In this document: positions 47,217 through 56,658 of the stretch, one piece after another
How the letters are laid out: every line of letters begins with the position of its first letter
How positions within the stretch are numbered: the stretch's first letter is position 1
Virus record (IMG/VR): IMGVR_UViG_3300044632_000653
Source: a virus
DNA: 64,000 nt
Strand: one strand, 5' to 3'
Translations under genes and position numbers: made by a program
Notes under the pieces: model-generated
Told to the model about the DNA's origin: nothing
The model's database searches: none
The model's input: only the letters and a program-made list of their open reading frames with translations

Positions 47217-48548
47217 ATGCACAGGATCATCTCGTCCTTCTGCGCCATGGCTCTCGTAGCCTTCGCAGCCGTCACGACCGCCGCAGCGCAGGTGGTCGTG
47301 CCCCCGAGCATCGTCACGCAGCCCGATGGAACCCTGCGGTTGGTCCCCGTGCCACCCGCAACGGTGTACACCCCGTATGTGATCGACCCGAGCATCAAGT
47401 ACAGGCTCGTCATGGAGTCGGGTTGGTCGAACGCCGATTGGCAGGGCAAGACCCGCAACGGTCAGGTCGCCTTGAAGGACCGTGAGATCACGGTTGACCT
47501 GATGGCGATGCCGCTGACGAGGACCGCCGTGATCGACGGCAAGACCGTGACCCTCTTCAGCGTCTTCCGCTCGGCGGATGTCTGCATCGGTTGGGACAAC
47601 ACGAAGTTGGAACTCCTCCCGCTCGGTCCCCAAGGGACGGCGTTCGACGCATCCGTCTTCAACGGGTCGAAGTCGAGGTTGGACCGCATCTCCCCCGCAG
47701 AGGGCGAGGGCTCCGCTCAGGGTGTCGCAGTCCTCCATGCCGAGGTCCTGCCCCCGCCGCAGGAGAGGACCCCCGCACTCCGACCCGACTACTACAGGTG
47801 GAACATGGGAGGATTCCTGTGGCAGGGCGGCTACCGACTCGTAGCCAAGTTGCGGTTCCGAGTGCGGGATGACTTCTACTACCCTGTGCAGTCGAGGACC
47901 GACATACGGATCCTCCCCACCGTCTCCCATGGCGGTGTCGAGTACGCCACCAAGATCGACGGGAGCCCGACCAAGGGGACGAATGTCCTCGGCGAGACGA
48001 GGAGCAGCGTGAACGGCATCCTCTTCGGTGTCGGTCCCGAGTACAAGGTCACCCACTCGCTCGTCGCTCCCGCCGTCAAGGCGAAGGTCGGCGACATCGT
48101 TCCCGTGAAGGTACTCGTATCCTCCGAGACCAAGCCGCAGCGGCTGCACTCGGTCGCCACCAACTTCGCATGGGATCCGTCCAAGTTGGAGTTCATGGGC
48201 ATCTCCACCACGGGATCGCTCTCGTTCCAACAGAACAACCTTCCCTTCGTGGGGGCGGGGAACATCAACGAGGCGACCGTGCCCAAGGACGGGACGGCTG
48301 CGCACAATTGGCTGTGCCGCCTCGGGACGAGGACCGTGGTCACGGGCGGCGGTCTCGTCGCCACGCTGAACTTCAAGGTCGTGTCGGAGTTCGACACGGC
48401 GGCGGTCGAGATCCTCGGCAAGGACGATCCCCGACTCGTCGGCGTGTTCGTGTTGGACGAGTCGGGCATCCTCGGCAGCGACATCCCAGGCGTCTTCGTC
48501 ACGGGAACGAAGGTCAATGCCGTCGTGAAGGGTCCTCTCTCGCCGTGA
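47217..48548 (+). CDS. Secreted protein with two cohesin-like domains
   Basis: Signal peptide; ITVDL..ADVCIGWDNTKLEL..LVAKLRFRV and VGDIVPVKV..VATNFAWDPSKLEF..LVATLNFKV. Confidence 0.7.
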   Translation: MHRIISSFCAMALVAFAAVTTAAAQVVVPPSIVTQPDGTLRLVPVPPATVYTPYVIDPSIKYRLVMESGWSNADWQGKTRNGQVALKDREITVDLMAMPLTRTAVIDGKTVTLFSVFRSADVCIGWDNTKLELLPLGPQGTAFDASVFNGSKSRLDRISPAEGEGSAQGVAVLHAEVLPPPQERTPALRPDYYRWNMGGFLWQGGYRLVAKLRFRVRDDFYYPVQSRTDIRILPTVSHGGVEYATKIDGSPTKGTNVLGETRSSVNGILFGVGPEYKVTHSLVAPAVKAKVGDIVPVKVLVSSETKPQRLHSVATNFAWDPSKLEFMGISTTGSLSFQQNNLPFVGAGNINEATVPKDGTAAHNWLCRLGTRTVVTGGGLVATLNFKVVSEFDTAAVEILGKDDPRLVGVFVLDESGILGSDIPGVFVTGTKVNAVVKGPLSP

Positions 48549-48589
48549 TCCATGGGTGATCGATGGTTTCACGGGGATACATACTTCCC

Positions 48590-48901
48590 GTGAGGTCGTT
48601 CAAGTCATACATCTCCGAGGGACCGTACTCGTTCAAGGACTTCAAGGATCCTTGGGCTGTCATGTCGCCCGAGGACCGCAAGGAAGCGAACCGCCTGTTC
48701 AAGGCGGCGATGAAGGCGTTCCCTTCCTCCATGCGGCAGAAGGAACTGCAAGCCAAGTTGTTCGCCCTCCTCGACAAGTATGGGATAGGGAAGACAAAGG
48801 TTGCCGAGGATTGGTCGAAAGAGTACAAGGCTTCGATCAACTGCAACAACCCCAAGGGCTTCTCGCAACGGGCGCATTGCCAAGGCAGGAAAAAGGGATG
48901 A
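48590..48901 (+). CDS. Putative internal head protein
   Basis: GTG start, leader RSFKSYISE; C-terminal WS..YK.SI.CNNPKGFSQRAHCQGRKK module known from T4-like phages. Confidence 0.7.
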   Translation: MRSFKSYISEGPYSFKDFKDPWAVMSPEDRKEANRLFKAAMKAFPSSMRQKELQAKLFALLDKYGIGKTKVAEDWSKEYKASINCNNPKGFSQRAHCQGRKKG

Positions 48902-50202
48902 AGTCATATCACGAACTCGTAATGTTCCTTGAGAACAGCGGTGTGATGAGGTTCACCGAGCGTGGACTCTCGTCCTATCTCAGTTCGGCAGAGCGCATGG
49001 TCAAGGATGCTCAGGCGAGGAGCGGAGACTTCGCACGGATGCAGGACGCACAGATCGCAGCAGTCCTCGGGCATCTCATATCCCATATCACCCGAATCGT
49101 GAACACCGTTCCGAAGGACACGGATCCGAAGGCAGTCGGCATCGCACGGAAACTCCTCTCGCTCGGCGGCAAGGCTGCGAGCGTCAAGAAGGCATTCGAT
49201 GACCTCAGCCGCAGCGGTGCGGCGATTGCTGCGAGGATGACCTCCGAACTGCAAGGCAAGTACGACATGCGGTTTGAGTCATATGATGGAGCGCATCCCT
49301 ACGAGATTGAGCGTGATCGGATCACCAAGGAAACAGTAGCCGCAGCAAAGGCAAGGGGATCGTCAAGGACGCAGGGAGAGAAACTTGCCAAGATAGAGAT
49401 AGAACGATGGAAGAAGGCAGAAGGCAAACACTTGTATTCCGACTTCACGAACCGACAATTTCGTGCAGCAACGGATCAGGAGAAACGAAACGAAGAGCGT
49501 GAAGCGCAAGCAAAGCAAGAAATCTCCCGAATGTTCTCTGATGCTGACAGGCTACTTGTAGCCGCAGGGTTCAAGTTGGAGCGTGGTCCTCAAGGCGGAA
49601 GCCAGTCACGCTATTACACCGATGGTAAAATCAAGGTCCGTATTTCGGACCACGAAGTTCCCATGACTGCGGAGCGTCAACACAACAGGACGGTCAGCGG
49701 CAGGAATCCATGGTTTGAATTCATATTTGGTGAACGAGATAGAGCAGGTGTCCTACGAGTGAATCCGAAGGAGTTGCAGCACTTGCGTGATTGGATTGGT
49801 GATCTGAAGGAAATGCGATCCGAATCCCACGACCCCAAGCACATTGACGAGACTGCCTACGGAGTGTTCTCCAACTACCTCGGTTCCTCCATGATGTCGT
49901 TCGTGCAGACGAAACAGCATGAGTTGGATCGCAGGACCGACAAACTCACGAAGGCTCTCGCCCGTGTGCATGCACAAGGGGCTGCGGGAGTCCAAAGGGA
50001 CCTCGGCTTGCCATTCGCACAGGTCAGCCTCGACGGGGTGGAGTTCCGTCCGCACAGGGGTGGCGTGAGGAAACTCCTCGTCCGATTCAACCCGAACGGG
50101 ACCCTCGGGATCAACGCCGATGGGAAGACGGTGGCGAACTCCGCAGCCCTGCGTGACATCGGTCCCCTCATGGCGAAGATCGTCGGCGGCGGATTCGCAT
50201 AA
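48898..50202 (+). CDS. Putative modular internal head polyprotein
   Basis: Leader MKSYHELVMFLE; linkers FESYD, SESHDPKHIDE; S.SRY..KVRISDH module. Confidence 0.65.
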   Translation: MKSYHELVMFLENSGVMRFTERGLSSYLSSAERMVKDAQARSGDFARMQDAQIAAVLGHLISHITRIVNTVPKDTDPKAVGIARKLLSLGGKAASVKKAFDDLSRSGAAIAARMTSELQGKYDMRFESYDGAHPYEIERDRITKETVAAAKARGSSRTQGEKLAKIEIERWKKAEGKHLYSDFTNRQFRAATDQEKRNEEREAQAKQEISRMFSDADRLLVAAGFKLERGPQGGSQSRYYTDGKIKVRISDHEVPMTAERQHNRTVSGRNPWFEFIFGERDRAGVLRVNPKELQHLRDWIGDLKEMRSESHDPKHIDETAYGVFSNYLGSSMMSFVQTKQHELDRRTDKLTKALARVHAQGAAGVQRDLGLPFAQVSLDGVEFRPHRGGVRKLLVRFNPNGTLGINADGKTVANSAALRDIGPLMAKIVGGGFA

Positions 50203-50278
50203 GATCACCGCATAAACGCAGAAACTGAAGACGAACCCCCTTGATGGTTATCGGTAATGAGTGGTAACCTCACAGACC

Positions 50279-50959
50279 ATGAACAAGACTTTCATGCGTA
50301 ACCTTGCCGAGAACATCGCCCTCAACTCTCTTCGCCACGGCGGTCTCCTGCCGAAGCATCAGGTCATCGTGGACCGTCAGGACTCGGACCCATCCACGGT
50401 CCTCGGCAAATGGGACGGGAAGATTCCGTTCGGTCCACCTGCACCAAACGCAAGTGTGGAGACCGTCATGGAACTCAACCACATCGTTGAAGGTCAGACA
50501 CTCGCATCGAAGGAAGAGATCGAATTCAGTCTCTCTATCGACAAGCCGAGGAACCACTACGAATGGTGGAGCAGGGAGGTCGAGTCCCTCACGGGCAGGA
50601 GGCACTCACCCGACAGGCTCTACATGATCGCCGACATGGCTGAGGGATTCCTCCTGCGGCTGAAGGCGCACTTCGACCGACCGAGACCGTATCAACTCGG
50701 TCCCCACCTCGGGAAGCGCATCCACATGTTCCTGCCCGACCCGAGGACACCTTCGTATCCATCGGGTCACTCGTTCGACGCATACCTGATCGCACTCACA
50801 CTCAGCGACGAGCATCCCGAGCATCACGAACGCCTCTTTGAACTCGCCGACACAGTCGGGGTTACGAGGATCATCGGGGGAGTCCACTACTCCTCCGACA
50901 TCACGGCGGGTCGCAACGCCGCCATCATCGCACACCGCATCATCAAGGGAATGAAATGA
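50279..50959 (+). CDS. PAP2-family phosphatase
   Basis: K.HFDRPRP, SYPSGH, R..GGVHY.SD motifs. Confidence 0.85.
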   Translation: MNKTFMRNLAENIALNSLRHGGLLPKHQVIVDRQDSDPSTVLGKWDGKIPFGPPAPNASVETVMELNHIVEGQTLASKEEIEFSLSIDKPRNHYEWWSREVESLTGRRHSPDRLYMIADMAEGFLLRLKAHFDRPRPYQLGPHLGKRIHMFLPDPRTPSYPSGHSFDAYLIALTLSDEHPEHHERLFELADTVGVTRIIGGVHYSSDITAGRNAAIIAHRIIKGMK

Positions 50960-51267
50960 CAACCCCGAGCCCGAGGGACACCTTCGATGTGGACGATCCG
51001 TTCGCAGAGAACTTCTCGTTTGAGGTGACCGACAATCCCGAGGAGATCGTTCGCACCGTCGAGGGGAAGATGGAGACGCAGCGTGACGCTGCGATCAGGA
51101 TCCATGCGGAGAGCATGGCGCAGGTCGAGAAACTCATACTCCCCCTGCTCAACAACCTGATGAAGAACCCCGACAAGGCGTACATCAAGTGGGAGAATAG
51201 GGTCCCCGCAATCAAGACGCAGATCTCCAAGATCACGGCGATCACCCGCAAGCCGCTCGACTGCTGA
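50956..51267 (+). CDS. Conserved phage hypothetical protein
   Basis: ILPLL.NL.KNPDK.YI.W.NR...I motif. Confidence 0.7.
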   Translation: MTTPSPRDTFDVDDPFAENFSFEVTDNPEEIVRTVEGKMETQRDAAIRIHAESMAQVEKLILPLLNNLMKNPDKAYIKWENRVPAIKTQISKITAITRKPLDC

Positions 51268-51491
51268 AATAAGAAGACCCCCCGTGCGCAACGAGGGGTC
51301 TTCCGATTATAGCCCCGCTAGTTCGGGGACTTTATGGCGAGTTTTACTTCGCCTCACGATGCCTTCTAGTTGGCACGGTGCGGTCGCCTGTCCGTGGGTA
51401 CCCGTGGACGGGCTCTTTTCCCTTGCATGTATGTATGGAGGTCGAGAGGTGGGGATGCTCTAAATACTCCACACATACGAAAGGGAAATCC

Positions 51492-51758
51492 ATGTACATC
51501 GACCGCAGGACATTGAGGCAGTTGGTTGAGTCGGCGAACGGCATCGGCGACACATCCACACGACAGATCACCGAGGGCTATGAGAAGAAGATCATCTCTT
51601 ACCTTGAGGATGGGGGCTTCAAGAAGGGCGACGCATGGTTCGACATGGGAACCCTTTATGTGAGCAGCAAGGGCTTGGTCGAAAAGGCGAAGACCATCCT
51701 CAAGAAGAAGAGGGACATTTTTGAGTTGCCGAAGATCGTCGTGGACAAGACCTCGTAA
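51492..51758 (+). CDS. Putative internal head protein
   Basis: TAAATA box; leader TLRQLVES...QITE. Confidence 0.6.
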   Translation: MYIDRRTLRQLVESANGIGDTSTRQITEGYEKKIISYLEDGGFKKGDAWFDMGTLYVSSKGLVEKAKTILKKKRDIFELPKIVVDKTS

Positions 51759-51770
51759 GGATCCGACACC

Positions 51771-52088
51771 ATGAAGAACTACCGTGAGTTCATCACCGAG
51801 ACCTTCGATTCCTTCAAGGTGTTCAAGCACAAGGCGAACGCCAACGAGGAGGATTCCGAGTACGGCATCAGGGCTCTGATCCGATACACCCATGTTCTTC
51901 CCTCGGGTGAGAAGACGGTCATCACCTCTCTCTTTCCTCCGATCCAACTGAGGACAACGGACAACAAATACCAGTTCAATCGCCATCTCAACGCAATGGT
52001 TGCGAGTCTCAAGGCTGAAGGCAGGGAGATCCTCGGCATCCACATGAGAGGTGATCCACTCTACGACAGGCTTATGAAAAGGGGGTAA
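51771..52088 (+). CDS. Putative internal head protein
   Basis: Leader MKNYREFITE, close to the T4 CTS MKTYQEFIAE. Confidence 0.7.
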   Translation: MKNYREFITETFDSFKVFKHKANANEEDSEYGIRALIRYTHVLPSGEKTVITSLFPPIQLRTTDNKYQFNRHLNAMVASLKAEGREILGIHMRGDPLYDRLMKRG

Positions 52089-52091
52089 GAC

Positions 52092-53162
52092 ATGGCAGTA
52101 CTCAAGCACTACAACCCGATCACGCACGACATCTACCACTACCCGTTCCCTGCGAATCAGACGAGCGGAGGGGTCACGCCTGATGGCTACAGCAGCGAGT
52201 CTCAGACCTACGGCATCGTGGATTGGTCGGGCACCCGTTGCCTCGACCGCTACCTCTGTAGGGCGATTGGTAACAGCCCCTTCCTCACGATTCCCTACGA
52301 CATCACAAGCGTGAACTTTTGGAACCAATGCACCTATGCAGCGGTGCTGATCAGTCCACGCCATGCCCTCGTCTGTCAGCACTTCCGTGGAGCGCACAGC
52401 GACCCGAACATCAACACGGGAGGAATCAGGTTCTTTGGCAAGGGGGGCAGCATGTACGAGAACAGGGTGACCCGTGTGTACCTTGATGTCGGACCCGACC
52501 TGACGCTGCTTGAGTTCCTTCAGCCGTTCCCCGATGCGGATCTCAAGATCTACAACAGGATCGCAGACCCGCTCTACATCCCCTCAGGGACTCCCCTGTG
52601 GACCAAGGACAGCAACGGCAAGGTATACAAGACGGTGTTCGACAAGGCGAACTACAACCCCAACACAGATGACACCTACGGCTACTCGTTCCGTCCGTCC
52701 CTCGACGGTGTGAACGACGGCGCATATCAGAACGGTACCCTCGCCATCTTCGTCGGCGACTCTGGTTCGCCCGTGATGGTCCGTGACTCATACGGCGAAA
52801 CCGTATTCGTAGGACTTCAGTACGGCGGTCAGTCGATCAACCGTGCCACCTTCAGCCGCTTGGTGTCGATCCTTGCTCCCTTCAACTACTCCTTGGAGCA
52901 TGTGAAACTCTCCGCTAAGAAGGAAGACATCAATCAGGATGGCAAGGTTGATGCGGAGGACCTTGCCCGTGTCCTCGCTAGTTGGGGTCAGACGAAGGAT
53001 CCGTTCTCGGACATGGACGGAGACGGCAAGGTCGATGGCATCGACATCAGTCTCCTGATGAATGCGTGGGGCTCGTACACGATTCCTACTAGCGCACAGT
53101 CCACGATTCAGCCGCCGATCATCCCTCCTCCCACGGAAACGAACACGAAGCCTCGCTCCTGA
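52092..53162 (+). CDS. Trypsin-like serine protease with C-terminal dockerin
   Basis: AVLISPRHALVCQH (His), DLTLL (Asp), GDSGSP (Ser); DINQDGKVDAEDLARVLASWG..DMDGDGKVDGIDISLLMNAWG. Confidence 0.85.
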   Translation: MAVLKHYNPITHDIYHYPFPANQTSGGVTPDGYSSESQTYGIVDWSGTRCLDRYLCRAIGNSPFLTIPYDITSVNFWNQCTYAAVLISPRHALVCQHFRGAHSDPNINTGGIRFFGKGGSMYENRVTRVYLDVGPDLTLLEFLQPFPDADLKIYNRIADPLYIPSGTPLWTKDSNGKVYKTVFDKANYNPNTDDTYGYSFRPSLDGVNDGAYQNGTLAIFVGDSGSPVMVRDSYGETVFVGLQYGGQSINRATFSRLVSILAPFNYSLEHVKLSAKKEDINQDGKVDAEDLARVLASWGQTKDPFSDMDGDGKVDGIDISLLMNAWGSYTIPTSAQSTIQPPIIPPPTETNTKPRS

Positions 53163-53255
53163 ATGGACTTGCTTGCGGTGAATGGACCACCGATTCACCG
53201 CAAACTTGCGGCGAACCCCTTGCGTGTCGGGGTTTGATATCGTATCCTTTCCGAA

Positions 53256-53465
53256 ATGAAACCAGCCGCCGCCTTCCTTCAGTTGATCCTCGTCGGATCG
53301 TTCCTCTGTTGTGCGCTCTACTTCATCCTCAGCGGAGCCATGTTCTCCCTCGGAGGGTTCATAGGGTGGATCGTCGTTTCCACCCTTATGACGATCATCG
53401 TCACGGTGGCACTCCTGCCGCTGATCCTGTTGGTGGCGTTCATCGGCTACCTCCTCGGCTTCTGA
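53256..53465 (+). CDS. Small hydrophobic membrane protein
   Basis: Almost fully hydrophobic; 7 nt after TATCGTATCCT. Confidence 0.55.
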   Translation: MKPAAAFLQLILVGSFLCCALYFILSGAMFSLGGFIGWIVVSTLMTIIVTVALLPLILLVAFIGYLLGF

Positions 53466-53546
53466 CCAAATTTTCGACATGTCGGCTTCAAGTGCGGTTC
53501 TTGAAGCCGATAGAGACATCACGATCAACCGCTTGGAAGATCGATT

Positions 53547-53834
53547 ATGCCACGACCACGAAAGCGAGTATCCCTCGACTACGCCGCCATCACCGAGGCA
53601 CTTGACCGAGGAGAGGTGTTGAAACTCAAGGATCTCGCCAAAGCCCATGGAACATGCGCACCTGTCATCAAGCGTCTCTTGGAGGAACACTACGGGGATT
53701 CCGTATCGTTCGTCTACGGTCGCAATGGCGGTGTCCTTCGGAGCCAATCCGCACCCGAGTGGCTCAAGGCAAAGCAGGGTTCTTGGGTTGGATACACCCC
53801 GATACCGTCCCCGCAACTGTCAGGGACATCCTAG
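53547..53834 (+). CDS. Putative winged-helix DNA-binding protein
   Basis: LKDLAKAHG..APVIKRLL...GRNGGV; resembles 26567..26920. Confidence 0.55.
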   Translation: MPRPRKRVSLDYAAITEALDRGEVLKLKDLAKAHGTCAPVIKRLLEEHYGDSVSFVYGRNGGVLRSQSAPEWLKAKQGSWVGYTPIPSPQLSGTS

Positions 53835-53846
53835 TGTGATGTAAAC

Positions 53847-54230
53847 TTGATGCTCCGTCCCCGACAGTTCAACTTCCTCGCCGCCTTTGAGGCGGTTCAC
53901 GGTCAGCCCGACTATGTGTCCCGACAGACTCTCTTGGAGTTTTGCGAGAAGCATGGCGGGACGAGCGGACCTTTCGGACACACCATCCGATGGCCTGCGT
54001 GGCTGACCTACAACCAAGGCACCGACCGTCCATACAAGTCCCTTCGCAGGGGTCAGTTCCGTATGACGGCGGCTTGGGAAGAGTACAACGCATGGAGGAG
54101 CCAACGAAATGTTGCGACCCCCGATGCGCAGTCCCTTCCTGCCTCGGGCGGCGAGGAAACTTTTGTCCACAACCCCGAGCAATCGGGTAATCAAGGCAAC
54201 TCCTCTGTGGAGGGGGTTGGAAACGCATGA
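53847..54230 (+). CDS. Protein resembling the N-terminal domain of the AAA+ ATPase
   Basis: Q..F..A...V.......C......P.WLT.......RG.(Y/F)R shared. Confidence 0.55.
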   Translation: MMLRPRQFNFLAAFEAVHGQPDYVSRQTLLEFCEKHGGTSGPFGHTIRWPAWLTYNQGTDRPYKSLRRGQFRMTAAWEEYNAWRSQRNVATPDAQSLPASGGEETFVHNPEQSGNQGNSSVEGVGNA

Positions 54231-54631
54231 GCATGGAACGCTCAGAAGGGAAGCCCATGGCAACCATGGCAACCAATGGACGGAATGTGAAGGTCAGGAA
54301 CCGCAGCCGAATCGCTGCACAGAACCTCATGGAAGGCGACGAGTGCCTTCGCCGAGGAGAACCCTCGGTTCGTGTGGTTCGCATTCAGCGCACCGAGACC
54401 GCCTTCAGCGGCACGGTGAAGGTCACCTACGACAACGGTGAGACGCAGCGGTACAACTGGGACGAGCGAGTCTCCATCGTTGAGACTCCCGAGCGTCATC
54501 GGTACCGTCGCAACTCGCTTCGCCGCAACGGTTATCAGAACTACCTCGTTGTCCGTGCGGTGAAGTCCTCGCCGACCACGACCCCGACCCCCAAGCGCAA
54601 GCCGAAGAGCAAGCGCACCACCCGCCGCTGA
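54227..54631 (+). CDS. Basic hypothetical protein
   Basis: Coupled ORF ending before the terminator at 54661-54690. Confidence 0.55.
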   Translation: MSMERSEGKPMATMATNGRNVKVRNRSRIAAQNLMEGDECLRRGEPSVRVVRIQRTETAFSGTVKVTYDNGETQRYNWDERVSIVETPERHRYRRNSLRRNGYQNYLVVRAVKSSPTTTPTPKRKPKSKRTTRR

Positions 54632-54723
54632 TCTTTCCGCCACCAAGGATCTCGGTACGACAGACCCCCACTCGGGGGTCTGTTCTTTTTTGCAACATTT
54701 TCTTCGATACTTGCTCCGATGGG

Positions 54724-54751
54724 TTGACAGACCCTAGGGGTTTGCTATCTT
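54724..54751 (+). promoter_or_regulatory. Early sigma70-type promoter
   Basis: TTGACA-gaccctaggggtttgc-TATCTT; similar to the AAA gene promoter at ~42502. Confidence 0.7.
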
Positions 54752-54776
54752 TTAGGTGAAGGAAAGGCACCTCCCC

Positions 54777-55634
54777 ATGACCACCTCACTCACCAACCCC
54801 ACCAAAACCCTCCCGAGCGTGACCTCCACCGACACCATCATCAAGGTGACCGAGCGCACCTATGGTGGGGTCACCCACCCGATGTGGGACGGCTGCGGGT
54901 TCTCTGTCGAGTCGGATCTGCCGAGAGTGACCAAGGCGGTTGCTGAACTCCTCAACAACCCGAACCATGAGGTCCTCGCCGTCGAGTCCTACGAGAGCGA
55001 GAACTACGACACCTACCCGCATACGGATATGGATGTGGCTCACACCACAACGAAGTCGGTGGGTCTCCGAGTCACCTACTTCGACGGCAGGAAGGTTGAT
55101 TCGGAGTGGTTCATCACCCTCACCGTCAGGGGTCACGGTCTCACTACGAGGCGATACGAAAGGGTTCACGATGAGGTGAACGATGTCATCAACGAGATCC
55201 TCCGAAACCAACACGGGTACACGAACGCCGTCGAACAGATCCTCCTCTCGGTGCGAGAGAAGTTGAGCAACCTGACCCTGCCTCGCCTTGAGGAGATCCG
55301 AACGGTTGCGGTCAACGCCTTGGTCGAGGATCAGACCGCCTTGGTTCGCACTCGGATGACCGCTCCCGAGAAGATCGTCAAGGGAGTCAAGGTCACGGTC
55401 GCCCGAGGTCGCAAGGTCCCTGTCGGAACGACGGGAACCGTGATTTGGAGGGGTCAAGGTCAGTACGGATGGCGAGTCGGAGTCAAGGACTCGACCGACA
55501 CGGTGCATTGGACTGCGCTCACGAATGTGGATGTGGTCCTTGACGATGCCGTCGTGGCGGCGACCGCCCTCGCCGAGGCGAAGACCGAGTACAACCGCAG
55601 CCTCGCCAAGTTGTTCGGTCCCACCCGAGCGTGA
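54777..55634 (+). CDS. Hypothetical early protein
   Basis: KG..V.V.RGRKVP.GT.G.V.W motif common in phages. Confidence 0.65.
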   Translation: MTTSLTNPTKTLPSVTSTDTIIKVTERTYGGVTHPMWDGCGFSVESDLPRVTKAVAELLNNPNHEVLAVESYESENYDTYPHTDMDVAHTTTKSVGLRVTYFDGRKVDSEWFITLTVRGHGLTTRRYERVHDEVNDVINEILRNQHGYTNAVEQILLSVREKLSNLTLPRLEEIRTVAVNALVEDQTALVRTRMTAPEKIVKGVKVTVARGRKVPVGTTGTVIWRGQGQYGWRVGVKDSTDTVHWTALTNVDVVLDDAVVAATALAEAKTEYNRSLAKLFGPTRA

Positions 55635-55702
55635 CATAAACGAGATCCTTTCCCCGACCCTCCGTGAGCCTTGGTTCACGGGGGGTTTCTTCATGGCTAA
55701 AT

Positions 55703-56533
55703 ATGAAAGCCATGTATCACTATCAACGAGTAAGGGTCGCCGAAGCCGAGCGCATCGCTGCCGAACTGAAGAAGTCCTCCGAGTTCCATCCGATCTCCGA
55801 TGGTTGGGAAGGGAAACTCGCCGAGGATTTGGCTACGAAGTCGGTCGATCCAAAGCAGTTCCCGAATCCCCTGCCGAGCGGCAAGGGATACGAGTTCCTC
55901 ACCAAGGGACTCCGAGACGGCGACCAAGCCGATGACCGAGTGAAGGCTCGGAACGACACGATCCCTGCGAAGAACCTCAAGCCATCGCAGATGGACATCT
56001 ACCTGTCGAAGGCTCTCGGCATGGCAATCGGAGGCGTGAAGGGCGGCAACCTCGCTGCGATCATCAGCCTTGACAACCACATCCTCGACGGTCACCACCG
56101 TTGGGCTGCGACGATGTTCTCCGATCCATCGGCGACCGTCACGGGCATCAGGATCGGTCTTCCCATAGGCGATCTCATACCCGTTCTGCGTTCGGTCGGT
56201 GATGCCTACGGAAACCCGAGGCGAGGTGCGCCGAGCGGCGACATCAGCATCTACGACGCTAGCGACAAGGATGTAATCGATGCCGTCGTGAACGGCAAGG
56301 GGATGGACCCGAGGTTCTACAACCATGACAAGGCTATGACTTGGCTCGACAGCATCGGCGGCGAGGCGTTCCTCGTCCAACGGTTCCGAGCCCTCAAGGG
56401 CACCCGTCCACCGAGCGGAGCCCCGAACCGAATCAACATGCCCGTCATCGATGCCGAGAAAAACCAACATGTCAAGGCGGCTACCGCCATCGGCACGGGC
56501 AAGATCGATGTCGTGAAACCCTACGGAAAGTGA
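55703..56533 (+). CDS. ParB/Srx-like domain protein
   Basis: LKPSQ..I, IIS.DNHILDGHHRWAA; TAAATA box at the start. Confidence 0.75.
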   Translation: MKAMYHYQRVRVAEAERIAAELKKSSEFHPISDGWEGKLAEDLATKSVDPKQFPNPLPSGKGYEFLTKGLRDGDQADDRVKARNDTIPAKNLKPSQMDIYLSKALGMAIGGVKGGNLAAIISLDNHILDGHHRWAATMFSDPSATVTGIRIGLPIGDLIPVLRSVGDAYGNPRRGAPSGDISIYDASDKDVIDAVVNGKGMDPRFYNHDKAMTWLDSIGGEAFLVQRFRALKGTRPPSGAPNRINMPVIDAEKNQHVKAATAIGTGKIDVVKPYGK

Positions 56534-56658
56534 GGTCGTGATGGCACGGAGTAGCAAGGGCGGATTCAAGCGCAGGTCCCTGCGGCAGAGGAAGGCTGAA
56601 CTCGCCATGAAGACAGTCAACCGCAAGCGCAACTTGGCAGGTTGCGGCAAGGAGAAGC

